This document shows positions 48,968 to 59,547 of a DNA stretch of 64,000 bases, piece by piece. Every line of letters begins with the position of its first letter. Positions within the stretch are counted from its first letter, which is position 1. The stretch lies in contig CBDUKH010000002.1 of NCBI GenBank assembly GCA_965367755.1, positions 21,471-85,470 on the forward strand, in the 5' to 3' direction. This stretch comes from an uncultured Rhodothermales bacterium. GTDB lineage: Bacteria; Bacteroidota; Rhodothermia; Rhodothermales; JABDKH01. Position numbers and translations under genes: made by a program. The notes beneath the pieces were generated by a model. That model worked only from the letters and a program-made list of their open reading frames with translations, was not told the origin of the DNA and searched no databases.

Positions 48968-49636
48968 TCACGTATCTTCTCTGATAAGATCTTCAACGTC
49001 AATCAGGAGATCACTTAGTGAGCTATAGCCCACTTTGTCGATAGCTTTCTCCCACTTCACCCACTTCACTTTTTCAATTCCCTCCGCCGCTTCCGGGATA
49101 AACTCGGTAGCGTTGGTTTGCATCTGATACCAGTGGGTTGTTTTGATCCTGTAGAAATTTGACTGCGTAAAGCCATGCAGTGTTGATCCGAGAGGTTGGA
49201 CAATTTTCAAGTTCTCGATGCCAAGTTCTTCCCGGACTTCGCGCAGGGCACACTCTTTATTTGTCTCGCCGCGATTGCGCTTGCCCTTTGGGAGGTCCCA
49301 CCTGTTGCGTCTGTAAATCAGAAGAACTTGAAGCTTCTCTTTTTTCCATCGCGTGATAATGCCACCACCGGCTACCACTTGTCGCAATTCTTTGAACGGC
49401 CTGGTGTTGAGCACGGCCTTCCCGGGAATCCGCTTTGTGATAATCGTTCCATCCGGCGACTCACGTACCTCGCCAGTAAGTTTCGTGGGGGCGATGGCAA
49501 TCACGTTCGCTCCCCGTCGCTTGCGGGCTCGTCGCAAACTGGTGTCCAACTCGAACGGGGCCCCATTCATTTGGAGATCGTAACCCTGTTCTATCTTGCG
49601 GAGCTGCTTCTCGCTCGCACTGAAATAGTAAAGCAT
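48968..49636 (-). CDS. NUDIX hydrolase with an unassigned N-terminal domain of about 90 aa
   Basis: Nudix box GKRNRGETNKECALREVREELG. Confidence 0.8.
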   Translation of the reverse strand: MLYYFSASEKQLRKIEQGYDLQMNGAPFELDTSLRRARKRRGANVIAIAPTKLTGEVRESPDGTIITKRIPGKAVLNTRPFKELRQVVAGGGIITRWKKEKLQVLLIYRRNRWDLPKGKRNRGETNKECALREVREELGIENLKIVQPLGSTLHGFTQSNFYRIKTTHWYQMQTNATEFIPEAAEGIEKVKWVKWEKAIDKVGYSSLSDLLIDVEDLIREDT

Positions 49637-49670
49637 TGTGAGCGTTATGCCAGGTGATTATTCGCGGATA

Positions 49671-50294
49671 TTACCGATTGCTTACTCTCTTTATCGTACA
49701 TCCTATCGCCTTCTGAATTGGCGCCTCTACCGTGCCTGCGCGAGCTACCGTTTCCATGGCATCCCTCAGATACGACGACTCGACGCTAGCGGCTTGCCGT
49801 GCGTTGTCATCGATTGCACCACGATAGGCAAGCTTCATGTTGGCATCGAACAGAAACGAATCGGGAGTTCGAGACGCGCCAAACGCATCCGCTAGAATAT
49901 GGTTCGCATCGACAGCATAGATAAAGGAATAGCCCATTTCTTCCGCATGAGCCTTCATGGCCTCCGGGGATTCCTCGGTTTCACGAAGCGCCTCATTCGG
50001 ATTAAGAAAAATTACGCCGAAACCAAGTTCTCCAGCGCGTTCGGCGAGCGGGTTAAACCGGTCTTCCCATTTTCGTACCCAGGGACATGTGTTGCAAATA
50101 AATACTACCAGCAGCCCCTTGTCACCCGCAACCGTCGTCAGCGTGTGTACGTCGTTATTAATATCCACTACGACATGATCGACGAGCGGTGCGGCTGCAC
50201 CAATGTCCAGAGGCTCGGCCTGTCCGTTCACATATTCAGGATGGAAGACACAGGCTGTGACGACCAGTAGTACGCATGCAATTTTCTGTATCAT
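49671..50294 (-). CDS. secreted thioredoxin-fold (TlpA/redoxin-like) protein
   Basis: Signal peptide and FICNTCPWV (C-x-x-C in a thioredoxin-like context), 207 aa. Confidence 0.7.
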   Translation of the reverse strand: MIQKIACVLLVVTACVFHPEYVNGQAEPLDIGAAAPLVDHVVVDINNDVHTLTTVAGDKGLLVVFICNTCPWVRKWEDRFNPLAERAGELGFGVIFLNPNEALRETEESPEAMKAHAEEMGYSFIYAVDANHILADAFGASRTPDSFLFDANMKLAYRGAIDDNARQAASVESSYLRDAMETVARAGTVEAPIQKAIGCTIKRVSNR

Positions 50295-50312
50295 GGTTTC
50301 GGTACGACTGAG

Positions 50313-51521
50313 TTATTGGAGTGACCACGCAAGTGGGGTTATCTGAATCAATTCTCCCGCTTCAATGACATCGCGGTCTTCTGGCAAGTGGGCAATACAA
50401 TTAGCACGAGCCATGGTCGAATATATGTTCGACGCCTGTGGGCCAGCCAGTTCGATGGATGCAACACCATCCCTTATCGAACTTATGGCACGTGCAAAGT
50501 AGTGCAAGCCCTTTTTCTTTGTAATCTTACTTATGGCCCGCATACTTTGTTGCCCGACGGGGCTGGCACCAAGAGCCTTGCGAAGCAGTGGGCGCACATA
50601 CATCTCAAAACATACGCTCGCCGATACCGGATTCCCCGGCAGGCCGAAGACTGGCTTACCCTGCATCGTACCGAACAGCAGCGGCTTTCCAGGACGTTGT
50701 CGCACTCTCCAGAACACGGTTTCCATCCCCCTTTTTTCCAGAGCTTCCTGAACAAAATCATAGTCTCCGACCGACACTCCACCTGCGAAGACAAAGACAT
50801 CTGCTTCGTGGATAGTGTCCAGAACCTCCTCCACGGCAAGGCGCGAATCTCGCGCGACAACCGGTCCAAGAACATGCGCGCCCGATGCAAGCACCTGCGC
50901 CGCCAGCGCGGGCCCGTTCGAGTTTCTAATCTTACCCGGGCCGAGATCTTCTCCCGCATCCACAATCTCGTCTCCGGTCGCAACGACGGCAACGACCGGG
51001 CGCACCGCTACTGAAACCATGCTGTGTCCCGTCGCAGCGAGCAGACCGGAAACCGGCGGTGTGATACTTGTTCCCGCCGACAGTACCACCTGGCCACTAC
51101 CTATGTCCGCACCGGCAAGCCGGACGTGCTGGCCATCTTCCGGAGCGGTATGTATCGTGACCGAGTCGCCCTCTACGTTGGTCCACTCAATGGGAACTAT
51201 GGCCGTGGCGCCTTCGGGTATCGGGGCGCCGGTCATTATTCTGGCGCAGAGCCCGGGAGCGATTGCGCGTGAGGGTAGTCCTCCGGCAGGGATATCATCT
51301 ACAATGGTGAGCGTTGACGGTGTGTTTGCCAGATCTGTGTGGATGACGGCGAACCCATCCATGGCAGAGTTATTAAAGGGAGGCACGTTGTCGCGCGCTG
51401 TAACGTCTTCCGCAATGACGCGACCGAAGGCTGAGTAACTGGAGATTGACTCGGTGGCTACCGAAGGCGCGGCCGCAAGAACTGCCTGCAAAGCTTCGGT
51501 GTAAGAGATAAGTTCTCTCAT
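50313..51521 (-). CDS. moeA: molybdopterin molybdotransferase MoeA
   Basis: PPFNNSAMDGFAV, VATGDE, GGVSVGDYDF, GLPGNPVS motifs, 402 aa. Confidence 0.9.
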   Translation of the reverse strand: MRELISYTEALQAVLAAAPSVATESISSYSAFGRVIAEDVTARDNVPPFNNSAMDGFAVIHTDLANTPSTLTIVDDIPAGGLPSRAIAPGLCARIMTGAPIPEGATAIVPIEWTNVEGDSVTIHTAPEDGQHVRLAGADIGSGQVVLSAGTSITPPVSGLLAATGHSMVSVAVRPVVAVVATGDEIVDAGEDLGPGKIRNSNGPALAAQVLASGAHVLGPVVARDSRLAVEEVLDTIHEADVFVFAGGVSVGDYDFVQEALEKRGMETVFWRVRQRPGKPLLFGTMQGKPVFGLPGNPVSASVCFEMYVRPLLRKALGASPVGQQSMRAISKITKKKGLHYFARAISSIRDGVASIELAGPQASNIYSTMARANCIAHLPEDRDVIEAGELIQITPLAWSLQ

Positions 51522-51595
51522 ATAGTTATAATACGTTCGTCGAATAATATTGCTCAGTATATATACTGCACTGTTCCTAAACTTCTATCCCAACT

Positions 51596-52876
51596 ATGAT
51601 CCGACTGGATACGTCTTACGCTGACTCGTTTCTGAATACCGACCAGGACCTCGTCGACCGATCAATTGCTGCTCATCATGCAGTATTGAACAAAACCGGG
51701 ACCGGATCTGAGAATCTTGGCTGGCGCGATCTGCTCTTGAAGCCGAACGACGCCCTGCTTGAAGACATCACCGAAACTGCCAGAAGGATCCGCGACAACG
51801 CTGATGTGCTTGTATGTATCGGCATTGGAGGATCGTACCTGGGTGCCCGCGCTGTCATCCAGGCGTTAAGTCCCTACTTTCCTGGCGACGAAGACTCCGG
51901 TCCGGAAATTATCTTTGCCGGCCACCAGATCAGTGAAGAGTATATGCGCGAGCTCCTTGCGTATCTGGAAGGCAAATCTGTTTATGTGAACGTAATTTCA
52001 AAGAGTGGGACCACGCTTGAGCCCGCTCTTGCTTTCAGGTTTCTCCGAACGTGGATCGAGAAACGATTTCCGGATGCTGACAAACGAATTATCGTCACAA
52101 CCGATCCTGAAAAGGGCGCACTCAATATCCTTCAGTCTTCCAAGGGATACACCAAGTACGTAATCCCGGCAGGGGTCGGCGGGCGCTTCTCCGTGCTCAC
52201 GCCGGTGGGCTTGCTTCCGATTGCCGTTGCGGGCATTGATATCCAGGCCCTCTTCTACGGTGCTGTCTCCATGCTGAAGACGATTGATGCGTCGGATGAC
52301 AATATTGCTGTCCGATATGCCAGTACAAGAATTAACCTTTTCGAGCAGGGATATTCTAACGAGGTGCTGGCTGTCTTTGAACCACGACTGAGTGGAATTG
52401 GCGGCTGGTGGCAGCAGCTTTATGGTGAAAGCGAGGGCAAGGAGCTTACCGGGGTCTTTCCTACGTCACTTCAGTATTCGACTGACCTACATTCCATGGG
52501 CCAGTATATGCAGGAGGGCCTCCGCATGATTATGGAAACGTTCCTGATGATCGAGAAGAACACTGACAGCCTGACTGTCCCTGCTTCAGATGACGATCTC
52601 GACGGCCTGAATTATATCGCCGGCAAGAGCATCTCTTACGTCAACCAGAAGGCGTATGAGGGCACCTCGCTCGCCCATCGAGAAGGAAATGTTCCAAACA
52701 TGACGGTTTGGATGGACTCACTATCTGCAGAAACCCTCGGTGCAGTAATGTACTTTTTTGAACACGCTGTTGCGATATCTGGATACCTTTTGGATGTTAA
52801 TCCGTTTAATCAGCCGGGCGTCGAGGCGTACAAGAAGGAAATGTTTCGCCTGCTGGGTCGGCCCGGGCATGGTTAA
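51596..52876 (+). CDS. pgi: glucose-6-phosphate isomerase (short bacterial type)
   Basis: GIGGSYLGARA, ISKSGTTLEP, GGRFSVL, GESEGK motifs, 426 aa. Confidence 0.9.
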   Translation: MIRLDTSYADSFLNTDQDLVDRSIAAHHAVLNKTGTGSENLGWRDLLLKPNDALLEDITETARRIRDNADVLVCIGIGGSYLGARAVIQALSPYFPGDEDSGPEIIFAGHQISEEYMRELLAYLEGKSVYVNVISKSGTTLEPALAFRFLRTWIEKRFPDADKRIIVTTDPEKGALNILQSSKGYTKYVIPAGVGGRFSVLTPVGLLPIAVAGIDIQALFYGAVSMLKTIDASDDNIAVRYASTRINLFEQGYSNEVLAVFEPRLSGIGGWWQQLYGESEGKELTGVFPTSLQYSTDLHSMGQYMQEGLRMIMETFLMIEKNTDSLTVPASDDDLDGLNYIAGKSISYVNQKAYEGTSLAHREGNVPNMTVWMDSLSAETLGAVMYFFEHAVAISGYLLDVNPFNQPGVEAYKKEMFRLLGRPGHG

Positions 52877-53284
52877 GCAGCCTGAGGAAATGTCGTTAGT
52901 AACCGCGGTAAAACCCTGGTGTTTGTGAACAACGCAGAAGGCGTGTTAATATCTCTCTCCAACCCCGAACTTACTACCGGCTTATGCACACTCGTTTTGG
53001 CGTGGACTATTATTTTAAGTCTACCCCCAAAAGATGCCTCCGCTGTTGATTAATGTTGACAAGAAGTCGTATCCGCCCCAATCATAGCAAATACACACTT
53101 CTTAACGATAATAAGTTGTGCATAACAGCGTGCGCTTTTCAACATTGATGAGTCAAGCAGTTTGATAACTCTTTTTCTAACATTCTAACACCCCCTACAA
53201 CTACAAGGTTATATTTATATAATTACTTTTTTATAATAACACTGTGTGTAAAACCCGGCTAGGCATCTTCAAACTGATTCTTCT

Positions 53285-54124
53285 ATGATTAAGAAAATTA
53301 TCGTCGCTCTTGACCCGGATACAGATACGAGAGTGGCTACACGCTATGCAGTCGAAATTGCCAAACGATCGGATGCACAGGTAACAGGCCTCGCTGTTGT
53401 TGACACGGGTAGTATCGATTCGAGCGCTCGGGGTGGCGGTATCGGAAGTTTTTATTATGCGGAAAAGCTCAAGGAGAAGCTAACCGAAGAGACCAGGGCC
53501 ATCGCCCAGGAACTAATCAGTAGTTTTGAGAAGGACATTGAGAGTTCCGGTGTAGAATTTGCCGAGAGTGTCGAAGAAGGTGTACCCTTCGAACGGATTG
53601 TTGAAGATCTGAAGTTTCATGACATGCTGATCATCGGAAAGGATCCACATTTCTTTTATGCCCATCCTGAGAAAGATACTCAGACGCTGGCGCGGGTCGT
53701 CAAAAAAGCAGTCTGCCCGACGCTCGTCGTTGGTGAGAGTTTTTCAAAGGTTAAGAATGTGTTGATTGCATACGATGGAAGCTCTGCCTCCGCCCGCGCA
53801 CTCCAGCGGCTCGCCCAGTTGAGGCCCTTTGGAGATGACATCACTGTGACGGTCTTGAACGTCCATCACAACAACAGGGATGATTCAAAATTGACGTTAG
53901 AATTGGTGTCCAAGTATCTGGCAGGACATGGAATTGAAGCGAAGACAACAAGCCTCGATAGTAGAGATCCTAAAAAGGAGATTATGAATACTGCTGATCA
54001 AGTGGAGGCTGACGTAATTGTTGCAGGTGCCCACTCCGTTTCCGCAATCAAAAAGATGGCTTTCGGTTCGACGACGTCTGGCTTGTTGAATGACAGCAAC
54101 ACTCCACTTTTTCTCGACAGCTAG
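53285..54124 (+). CDS. tandem universal stress protein (two UspA domains)
   Basis: Two Usp-like halves (KKIIVALD... and VLIAYDGSSAS...), with the ATP-binding-type motif VIVAGAHSVSAIKKMAFGST. Confidence 0.8.
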   Translation: MIKKIIVALDPDTDTRVATRYAVEIAKRSDAQVTGLAVVDTGSIDSSARGGGIGSFYYAEKLKEKLTEETRAIAQELISSFEKDIESSGVEFAESVEEGVPFERIVEDLKFHDMLIIGKDPHFFYAHPEKDTQTLARVVKKAVCPTLVVGESFSKVKNVLIAYDGSSASARALQRLAQLRPFGDDITVTVLNVHHNNRDDSKLTLELVSKYLAGHGIEAKTTSLDSRDPKKEIMNTADQVEADVIVAGAHSVSAIKKMAFGSTTSGLLNDSNTPLFLDS

Positions 54125-56583
54125 TTTCTCTTTTTCCACTCCCGCTCAAAGACGATGCGCCCTTCGGTGCGCATCCATACAGCTCCCGAATCTGCAGTTT
54201 GCTTAACGGTGAACCCGTATTCTTTCCAGCGGATGACGACTTCCGGGTCTGGATGACCAAACCGATTATTTGCTCCACTGCTGATCACCGCAAAAGGTGA
54301 ACTTCCAACCTCCTGGATGTGCTGTACGAATGTTCGAGATGAACTCGTCTTCGATCCGTGGTGAGGTACCTTGACAACGTCACTCGAAAGAAGTGAATTA
54401 TATTTTCTCGCTAGAAACATTTCCGAGTTCTTCTCCACGTCTCCTGTAAAAAGGAATGAAACGTTTCCATACTCTAGCTTTAAAATTATCGACGCATCAT
54501 TTGCGCCTGAATCTGAAAGATTGCTACCGAGGATGTAGGCTCTGATACAATCTCGTCTGGTAGGAAGTTTTACGGAGTCGCCGACCTCCAGTAGATTCAC
54601 CCCGGCCGATTTAATTGTTCTGACACTCAGTCGGTAGAGATCAGAGTCATAAGTCTGTCCGTTCGTGACCACCGTCCCTATCTTCATCATATTAAGGATA
54701 CCCGGCAAGCCACCGAGGTGATCACTGTGTGGATGAGAAATAATCACGTAGTCGAACTTTCGAACACCGAGCGATCGAGCAACGTTATTAACATCAACGG
54801 CTCCTGCCGAATAGTTAATGTTTCCCGGACCGGTGTCGACAAGGAATGTCGTTCCACATGGACCCCTGATAACCGCTGCATCTCCCTGTCCAACGTCGAC
54901 GAATACCACGTCCATACCTGGACCCATCGTGTCGCTGAAAATTCTGATCCCTAGAAAAAGCACATGAATTAGCACCCACATAATGACCATTTTTCCGCGG
55001 TAACGGGCGACATTCCAGCAGGACACTCCGATCGCGACAACCCCCATCGTAATCCATGTGAGATCAAAAAAATGATCCGCCAGGATTTCTGCCGGTATGT
55101 TTTTACTGCCCCAGTCGGTCACCCCGATCAGGAGGTCAGCAAAAAATGACGCGCTGTTTCCGGCTACCGATCCTAGTGGTGTTGTCGCCAACAGTGCGGC
55201 CTGCAGCCCGCCCAGTAGCGTCAACGCAGTGAGGGGAATAGCAATAGGGTTGAGCAGGAATCCGGACAAAGAAAACGATCCGAAATGTTTTAACAGTACA
55301 GGCGCCGTACCTAGAGTTGCCGCCAGAGTAACGATTAACGGAGCTATCAACCGTTTTAATCGTGGGTGTTGTAATGTGAATGATGGTACAATTAGTACAA
55401 TGGATGTGACTGCGGAGAAGGACAGTTGAAACCCCGGATCGAACAACTGGTGCGGCGCTGCGAGGAGAATAATCAGTGCTGCGATACACAAACTGTTAAT
55501 TGAATTGGGTTGCCTCGATGCTACATGCGACGCCATGAGGAGCAGGGTCATTATGGACGCGCGAAGGATTGATGGACTTCCCCCCGACAACAGGCAATAG
55601 GTCAGGAGTAAGCCGACGCCTCCCGCGAGACGTATCCATTCAGTCTGTAGCCAGGTTGCTCGCAGGCGCAAGAGCAACGGTCGCATTGAGGAAAAGGCGA
55701 TCATTACCACGAGCATGACATGTAGCCCGGAGACAGCTAATACGTGCATCAACCCAGTGACCCTGAAATCTCGCTTAGTCTCGTGTGACAGGCCCGACCG
55801 GTCTCCAAGTATCAAGGCGTTGAACAGCGGAAGATGTGCACTGTCGCGAATAGAGACCGCCAATCTCCTGCGGACCTCCCGCCGGAGCGGCGATGTGAAT
55901 ACAGAACTGATTGTATGTCGTGTTGAACTTGTTCTGGACGAGTTGTCAATGCACCGCGCAGTAAAGGCCGAGTTTTCACGGCGCAAATAGGCGATATCGT
56001 CAAAGCCTCCCGGGTTCCGAATACCCCTTGGGAATGTCAGCGTAGCGCGGCAAGAAAAAAATGCTCCGGGCACGATGGCAGATGCGTCAAGATCAGTCGT
56101 TACGAGAGCGCCAGCAGCGACAACAGTATCTGTTGGCGAGGCGACAAGAACATTGCGGGCGGGGAAGCGGGTTGAGAACATTCCCGTTGAAGGCCAATCT
56201 GCGACACTCGCGAAGATTGTCACTGGTTCTGCGAACTTTCGGAAGTCAAACGACGAACCGTGCTTCCTCGATTGAAAAAGCGTAACCATGCAGAGTGCCG
56301 CTAGCAACATTGCACACGATGTTCGTTGTTTTCGCAAACAGAAGAAGGCGAATCCGAAGATGCCGAATCCGACAGCTGCTGACAAACATACAGGTGAGGA
56401 AAAGTTTAGAAACCTACCTAAAAGAGCACCCATCGCGACGGCGAGAGTAGGGCACAGCGCGGGTATTCGCGAAAAACTATATGGATGGAGTGTCGGCAAC
56501 GGGATGAAAAAGGCGCAAAGGATAAACCCATTGGCGAGCTTAACGTAACTCGAGGATGAAAATTGGGCGCGAGCCTTGGACAA
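54121..56583 (-). CDS. comEC: DNA internalization competence protein ComEC/Rec2
   Basis: Multi-TM competence domain (GLMHVLAVSGLHV) plus a C-terminal metallo-beta-lactamase domain (DVGQGDA, ISHPHSDHLGG), 820 aa. Confidence 0.9.
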   Translation of the reverse strand: MSKARAQFSSSSYVKLANGFILCAFFIPLPTLHPYSFSRIPALCPTLAVAMGALLGRFLNFSSPVCLSAAVGFGIFGFAFFCLRKQRTSCAMLLAALCMVTLFQSRKHGSSFDFRKFAEPVTIFASVADWPSTGMFSTRFPARNVLVASPTDTVVAAGALVTTDLDASAIVPGAFFSCRATLTFPRGIRNPGGFDDIAYLRRENSAFTARCIDNSSRTSSTRHTISSVFTSPLRREVRRRLAVSIRDSAHLPLFNALILGDRSGLSHETKRDFRVTGLMHVLAVSGLHVMLVVMIAFSSMRPLLLRLRATWLQTEWIRLAGGVGLLLTYCLLSGGSPSILRASIMTLLLMASHVASRQPNSINSLCIAALIILLAAPHQLFDPGFQLSFSAVTSIVLIVPSFTLQHPRLKRLIAPLIVTLAATLGTAPVLLKHFGSFSLSGFLLNPIAIPLTALTLLGGLQAALLATTPLGSVAGNSASFFADLLIGVTDWGSKNIPAEILADHFFDLTWITMGVVAIGVSCWNVARYRGKMVIMWVLIHVLFLGIRIFSDTMGPGMDVVFVDVGQGDAAVIRGPCGTTFLVDTGPGNINYSAGAVDVNNVARSLGVRKFDYVIISHPHSDHLGGLPGILNMMKIGTVVTNGQTYDSDLYRLSVRTIKSAGVNLLEVGDSVKLPTRRDCIRAYILGSNLSDSGANDASIILKLEYGNVSFLFTGDVEKNSEMFLARKYNSLLSSDVVKVPHHGSKTSSSRTFVQHIQEVGSSPFAVISSGANNRFGHPDPEVVIRWKEYGFTVKQTADSGAVWMRTEGRIVFEREWKKRN

Positions 56584-56647
56584 GAATTGGGATCAGAGTA
56601 TTATGCTGTTTCGCTGCAAGGATCAGCAATAACCAGGTATTTGAAAT

Positions 56648-57145
56648 ATGAGCAGCAGACGCGAAGTCAGAGAGAGGGTGATGCAGGCACTGTATGCCTT
56701 CGAGATCGGTGGAGATTCTGATTCGCACGTGATGGAAACGATTCTTGATCCGGCCTTTTCTACGGATTCCGTGAATCTGCTTTTCGCTCGTCAGCTTTTC
56801 AAGGCAACTATTGCAAATCGCGCCGAACATGACGAGTTGATCGCCCGACATGCTCAGAACTGGGATGTTACACGCATTGCCCTGATTGATCGGCTCCTCT
56901 TGCGAATTGCTCTAACCGAAATACTACATTTCGAAGACATACCACCGAAGGTGACCATCAATGAAGCTATCGAGGTCGCCAAGAAATACAGTACACCCAA
57001 GAGTGGACAATTCATTAATGGGATACTAGACGCAAGTCTAATTGCATTACATTCCGACGATCGGGTTAAGAAAAAGGGACGGGGCCTTGTTGGTATTGAA
57101 TCGATTGAGGACAGAACTTCTACGAGCGGTGATTCACAGGGTTAA
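56648..57145 (+). CDS. nusB: transcription antitermination factor NusB
   Basis: RREVRERVMQALY, IDRLLLRIALTEI, INEAIEVAKKY, INGILD motifs. Confidence 0.9.
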   Translation: MSSRREVRERVMQALYAFEIGGDSDSHVMETILDPAFSTDSVNLLFARQLFKATIANRAEHDELIARHAQNWDVTRIALIDRLLLRIALTEILHFEDIPPKVTINEAIEVAKKYSTPKSGQFINGILDASLIALHSDDRVKKKGRGLVGIESIEDRTSTSGDSQG

Positions 57146-57169
57146 CCAGGAATATTTTGTTGCCATGCC

Positions 57170-57838
57170 ATGTCGTTGATTGCAATCGGAGATATTCACG
57201 GGTGTGCCTCGACGTTGACCGCATTGATCGACAAACTGGCTCTCAAAAAGTCGGACCATCTGGTCTTCATTGGAGACTACATCGATCGGGGTCCTGATTC
57301 CCGCGGCGTAATTGATATTCTGAAAGGGCTCGAGGACATAGTCACTTGTACGTTCCTTCGCGGAAACCACGAGCAGCTGCTCTTGAATTATCTTGATGAG
57401 GGTGAATACGACCTGTGGGCAATGAATGGCGGAATCGCCACTCTGCTCAGCTACTCCGATGCCGGCTTCTCAGAAATTCCGGAAGAAGACATCGATTTCA
57501 TCCGCCGAACTGTGTCCTTCTTCGATACCGAAGACTTTTTCTTCGTGCATGGCGGACTCAAGGCCGGTTACACGATACAAGAAAACATCGATCGCTTCGA
57601 CGACGACACATTCCTCTGGGAGCGCTCGCACCTGAAAGCGGACGAGTATGCCTGGGAGAAAACAGTAGTTTGTGGGCACACTCCTGTAGATGAGCCGCTA
57701 AACACAGAAAAGCTTATCAACATTGACACCGGCTGTGTGTATTTCCAGTATCCCGGCCGCGGGCAGCTCACGGCAGTAAGATTACCCGAGAGAGAGTTCG
57801 TCATTGTGCCGTATTCCGAAGCGGCGCTTACAGGCTGA
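57170..57838 (+). CDS. metallophosphoesterase (PrpA/ApaH-like Ser/Thr phosphatase family)
   Basis: GDIHGC, GDYIDRGPDS, GNHE, VCGHTP motifs. Confidence 0.85.
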   Translation: MSLIAIGDIHGCASTLTALIDKLALKKSDHLVFIGDYIDRGPDSRGVIDILKGLEDIVTCTFLRGNHEQLLLNYLDEGEYDLWAMNGGIATLLSYSDAGFSEIPEEDIDFIRRTVSFFDTEDFFFVHGGLKAGYTIQENIDRFDDDTFLWERSHLKADEYAWEKTVVCGHTPVDEPLNTEKLINIDTGCVYFQYPGRGQLTAVRLPEREFVIVPYSEAALTG

Positions 57839-58370
57839 TCAGAGCCCCCATTCGGATGGATGGTCTCACGATTCCTGTTTCCAGGTAATACCTGCGACTT
57901 CCGATTTCTTTGATCATCCGCAGCGTAGGCTCCAGCGTCAGACTGAATCGCTGGTTCTTCTCCAGTGGAGTCTCGCTGAAACCAAACGTCAAGCCGGGCC
58001 CGAGGCGAGCGCCTATATCAATGTCGTATCCACGATCCGAGATGGCTCCCGTTGTAACCAGGATTCCAATGATGCGCACGGAAAAACCAAGAGCGCCGCT
58101 TACCTGTACGCTCCCGTCGTTTTCAAAAAATCCGGGCTGCACATGGCCGTAAAAAACTGCATCGCGGGTATACATTCTTCGCTGGTCAATGTATGCGGCT
58201 TGCATTCCCACGCCTGGCAGGACACCTATTCCCAATTGTAGCAGGACGTCTTCGCCGGTGACCTGCGCCCACCCATCCGTCGTGCCGACCACGGAACACA
58301 CAAGCACTACCAGCGAAAGGAGGCCCGGGCGCCAGCACGTAATTTGATTTATTGAACGAATCTGAAACAA
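57828..58370 (-). CDS. hypothetical small secreted/outer-membrane protein
   Basis: Signal peptide ending GWAQ, with an alternating G/aromatic beta-strand-like pattern. No motif recognised. The 3' end overlaps the convergent phosphatase gene by 11 nt. Confidence 0.5.
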   Translation of the reverse strand: MFQIRSINQITCWRPGLLSLVVLVCSVVGTTDGWAQVTGEDVLLQLGIGVLPGVGMQAAYIDQRRMYTRDAVFYGHVQPGFFENDGSVQVSGALGFSVRIIGILVTTGAISDRGYDIDIGARLGPGLTFGFSETPLEKNQRFSLTLEPTLRMIKEIGSRRYYLETGIVRPSIRMGALISL

Positions 58371-58452
58371 CTAGGAACAAAAAGTCGAGATTTTTCGATA
58401 AGGGCGTCGGCCCCGCCGTATTCTTGTCCAATAATACAATTAAAAAGTTTAG

Positions 58453-59547
58453 ATGGCTCTTCGTTGTGGAATTGTAGGACTACCCAATGTTGGGAAGTCA
58501 ACCTTGTTTAATGCCCTGAGCAGCGCAGGTGCCGAAGCGGCCAACTATCCGTTTTGCACGATCGAACCCAATGTTGGCGTGGTCCCAGTACCGGATGCCC
58601 GACAGGTCCGGCTCGCCAGCCTCGCCAACTCCGAATCGGTTGTGCCGGCGACAATTGAGTTCTACGACATCGCAGGTCTAGTCGAGGGAGCATCGAAGGG
58701 CGAGGGGCTTGGCAATCAGTTCCTTTCACACATCCGCGAAGTTGACGCAATTGTTCATGTCATTCGATGTTTCGAGAATGAAGACGTAGTCCATGTGTCA
58801 GGCTCAGTGGACCCGGCTCGGGATATCGAAATCATCGACACTGAACTGATGCTGAAAGATCTGGAGTCGATCGAAAAACGAGTCGACAGACTGGTTCGAC
58901 AGGCGAAAAGCGGCGACAAGAAAATCAAAGACGAATTGGCTTTCGCCGAAAAAGTCCGCGATCATATCGGTGAAGGCAAGCCGGGTAGGACCCTTGAAAT
59001 CCGGAAAGACCAGGAAGAAGTGCTTAGAGATCTTTTTCTGTTAACGACAAAGCCAATACTCTATGTTGCGAACGTGAGTGATGACGATGTGGTTAATGGT
59101 AATGAGCACACCAAGGTGGTAGCGGATATCGCCGAACGAGAGAACGCACTGTCCATCATCGTGTCGGCAGAAGTCGAGGCACAGATTGCAGACCTTGATG
59201 CCGAAGATCGTGCTGAGTTCCTGCAGGACCTGGGTCTCGAAGAATCGGGACTGGACAGGCTGGTGCAATCAGCGTACTCGCTCCTCGGGTTGATAACATT
59301 TTTTACATGTGGTCCGAAAGAAACTCGTGCCTGGACGATTACCCGCGGCACACGTGCCCCCGGGGCCGCCGGACAGATTCATACGGATTTTGAGCGCGGA
59401 TTCATCCGTGCCGAGACAATCAAGTACACCGACTACGACAAGTATGGCTCGGAGGCTGCTGCCCGGGATAATGGCGCCATGAGATCCGAGGGGAAGGAAT
59501 ACGTAGTACAAGATGGCGACGTAATGCTTTTCCGATTCAACGTCTAG
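58453..59547 (+). CDS. ychF: ribosome-binding ATPase YchF
   Basis: [35 protein letters not shown], and the C-terminal TGS-like [18 protein letters not shown]. Confidence 0.95.
   Translation: MALRCGIVGLPNVGKSTLFNALSSAGAEAANYPFCTIEPNVGVVPVPDARQVRLASLANSESVVPATIEFYDIAGLVEGASKGEGLGNQFLSHIREVDAIVHVIRCFENEDVVHVSGSVDPARDIEIIDTELMLKDLESIEKRVDRLVRQAKSGDKKIKDELAFAEKVRDHIGEGKPGRTLEIRKDQEEVLRDLFLLTTKPILYVANVSDDDVVNGNEHTKVVADIAERENALSIIVSAEVEAQIADLDAEDRAEFLQDLGLEESGLDRLVQSAYSLLGLITFFTCGPKETRAWTITRGTRAPGAAGQIHTDFERGFIRAETIKYTDYDKYGSEAAARDNGAMRSEGKEYVVQDGDVMLFRFNV

Noticed and set aside
52985-53148. Short ORFs in the pgi-usp spacer (21 aa from ATG 52985; 31 aa from ATG 53053)
   Set aside because: They have no ribosome-binding context, no hydrophobic or Cys-pattern features, and they overlap the candidate DnaA-box motifs. 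They are indistinguishable from chance ORFs.
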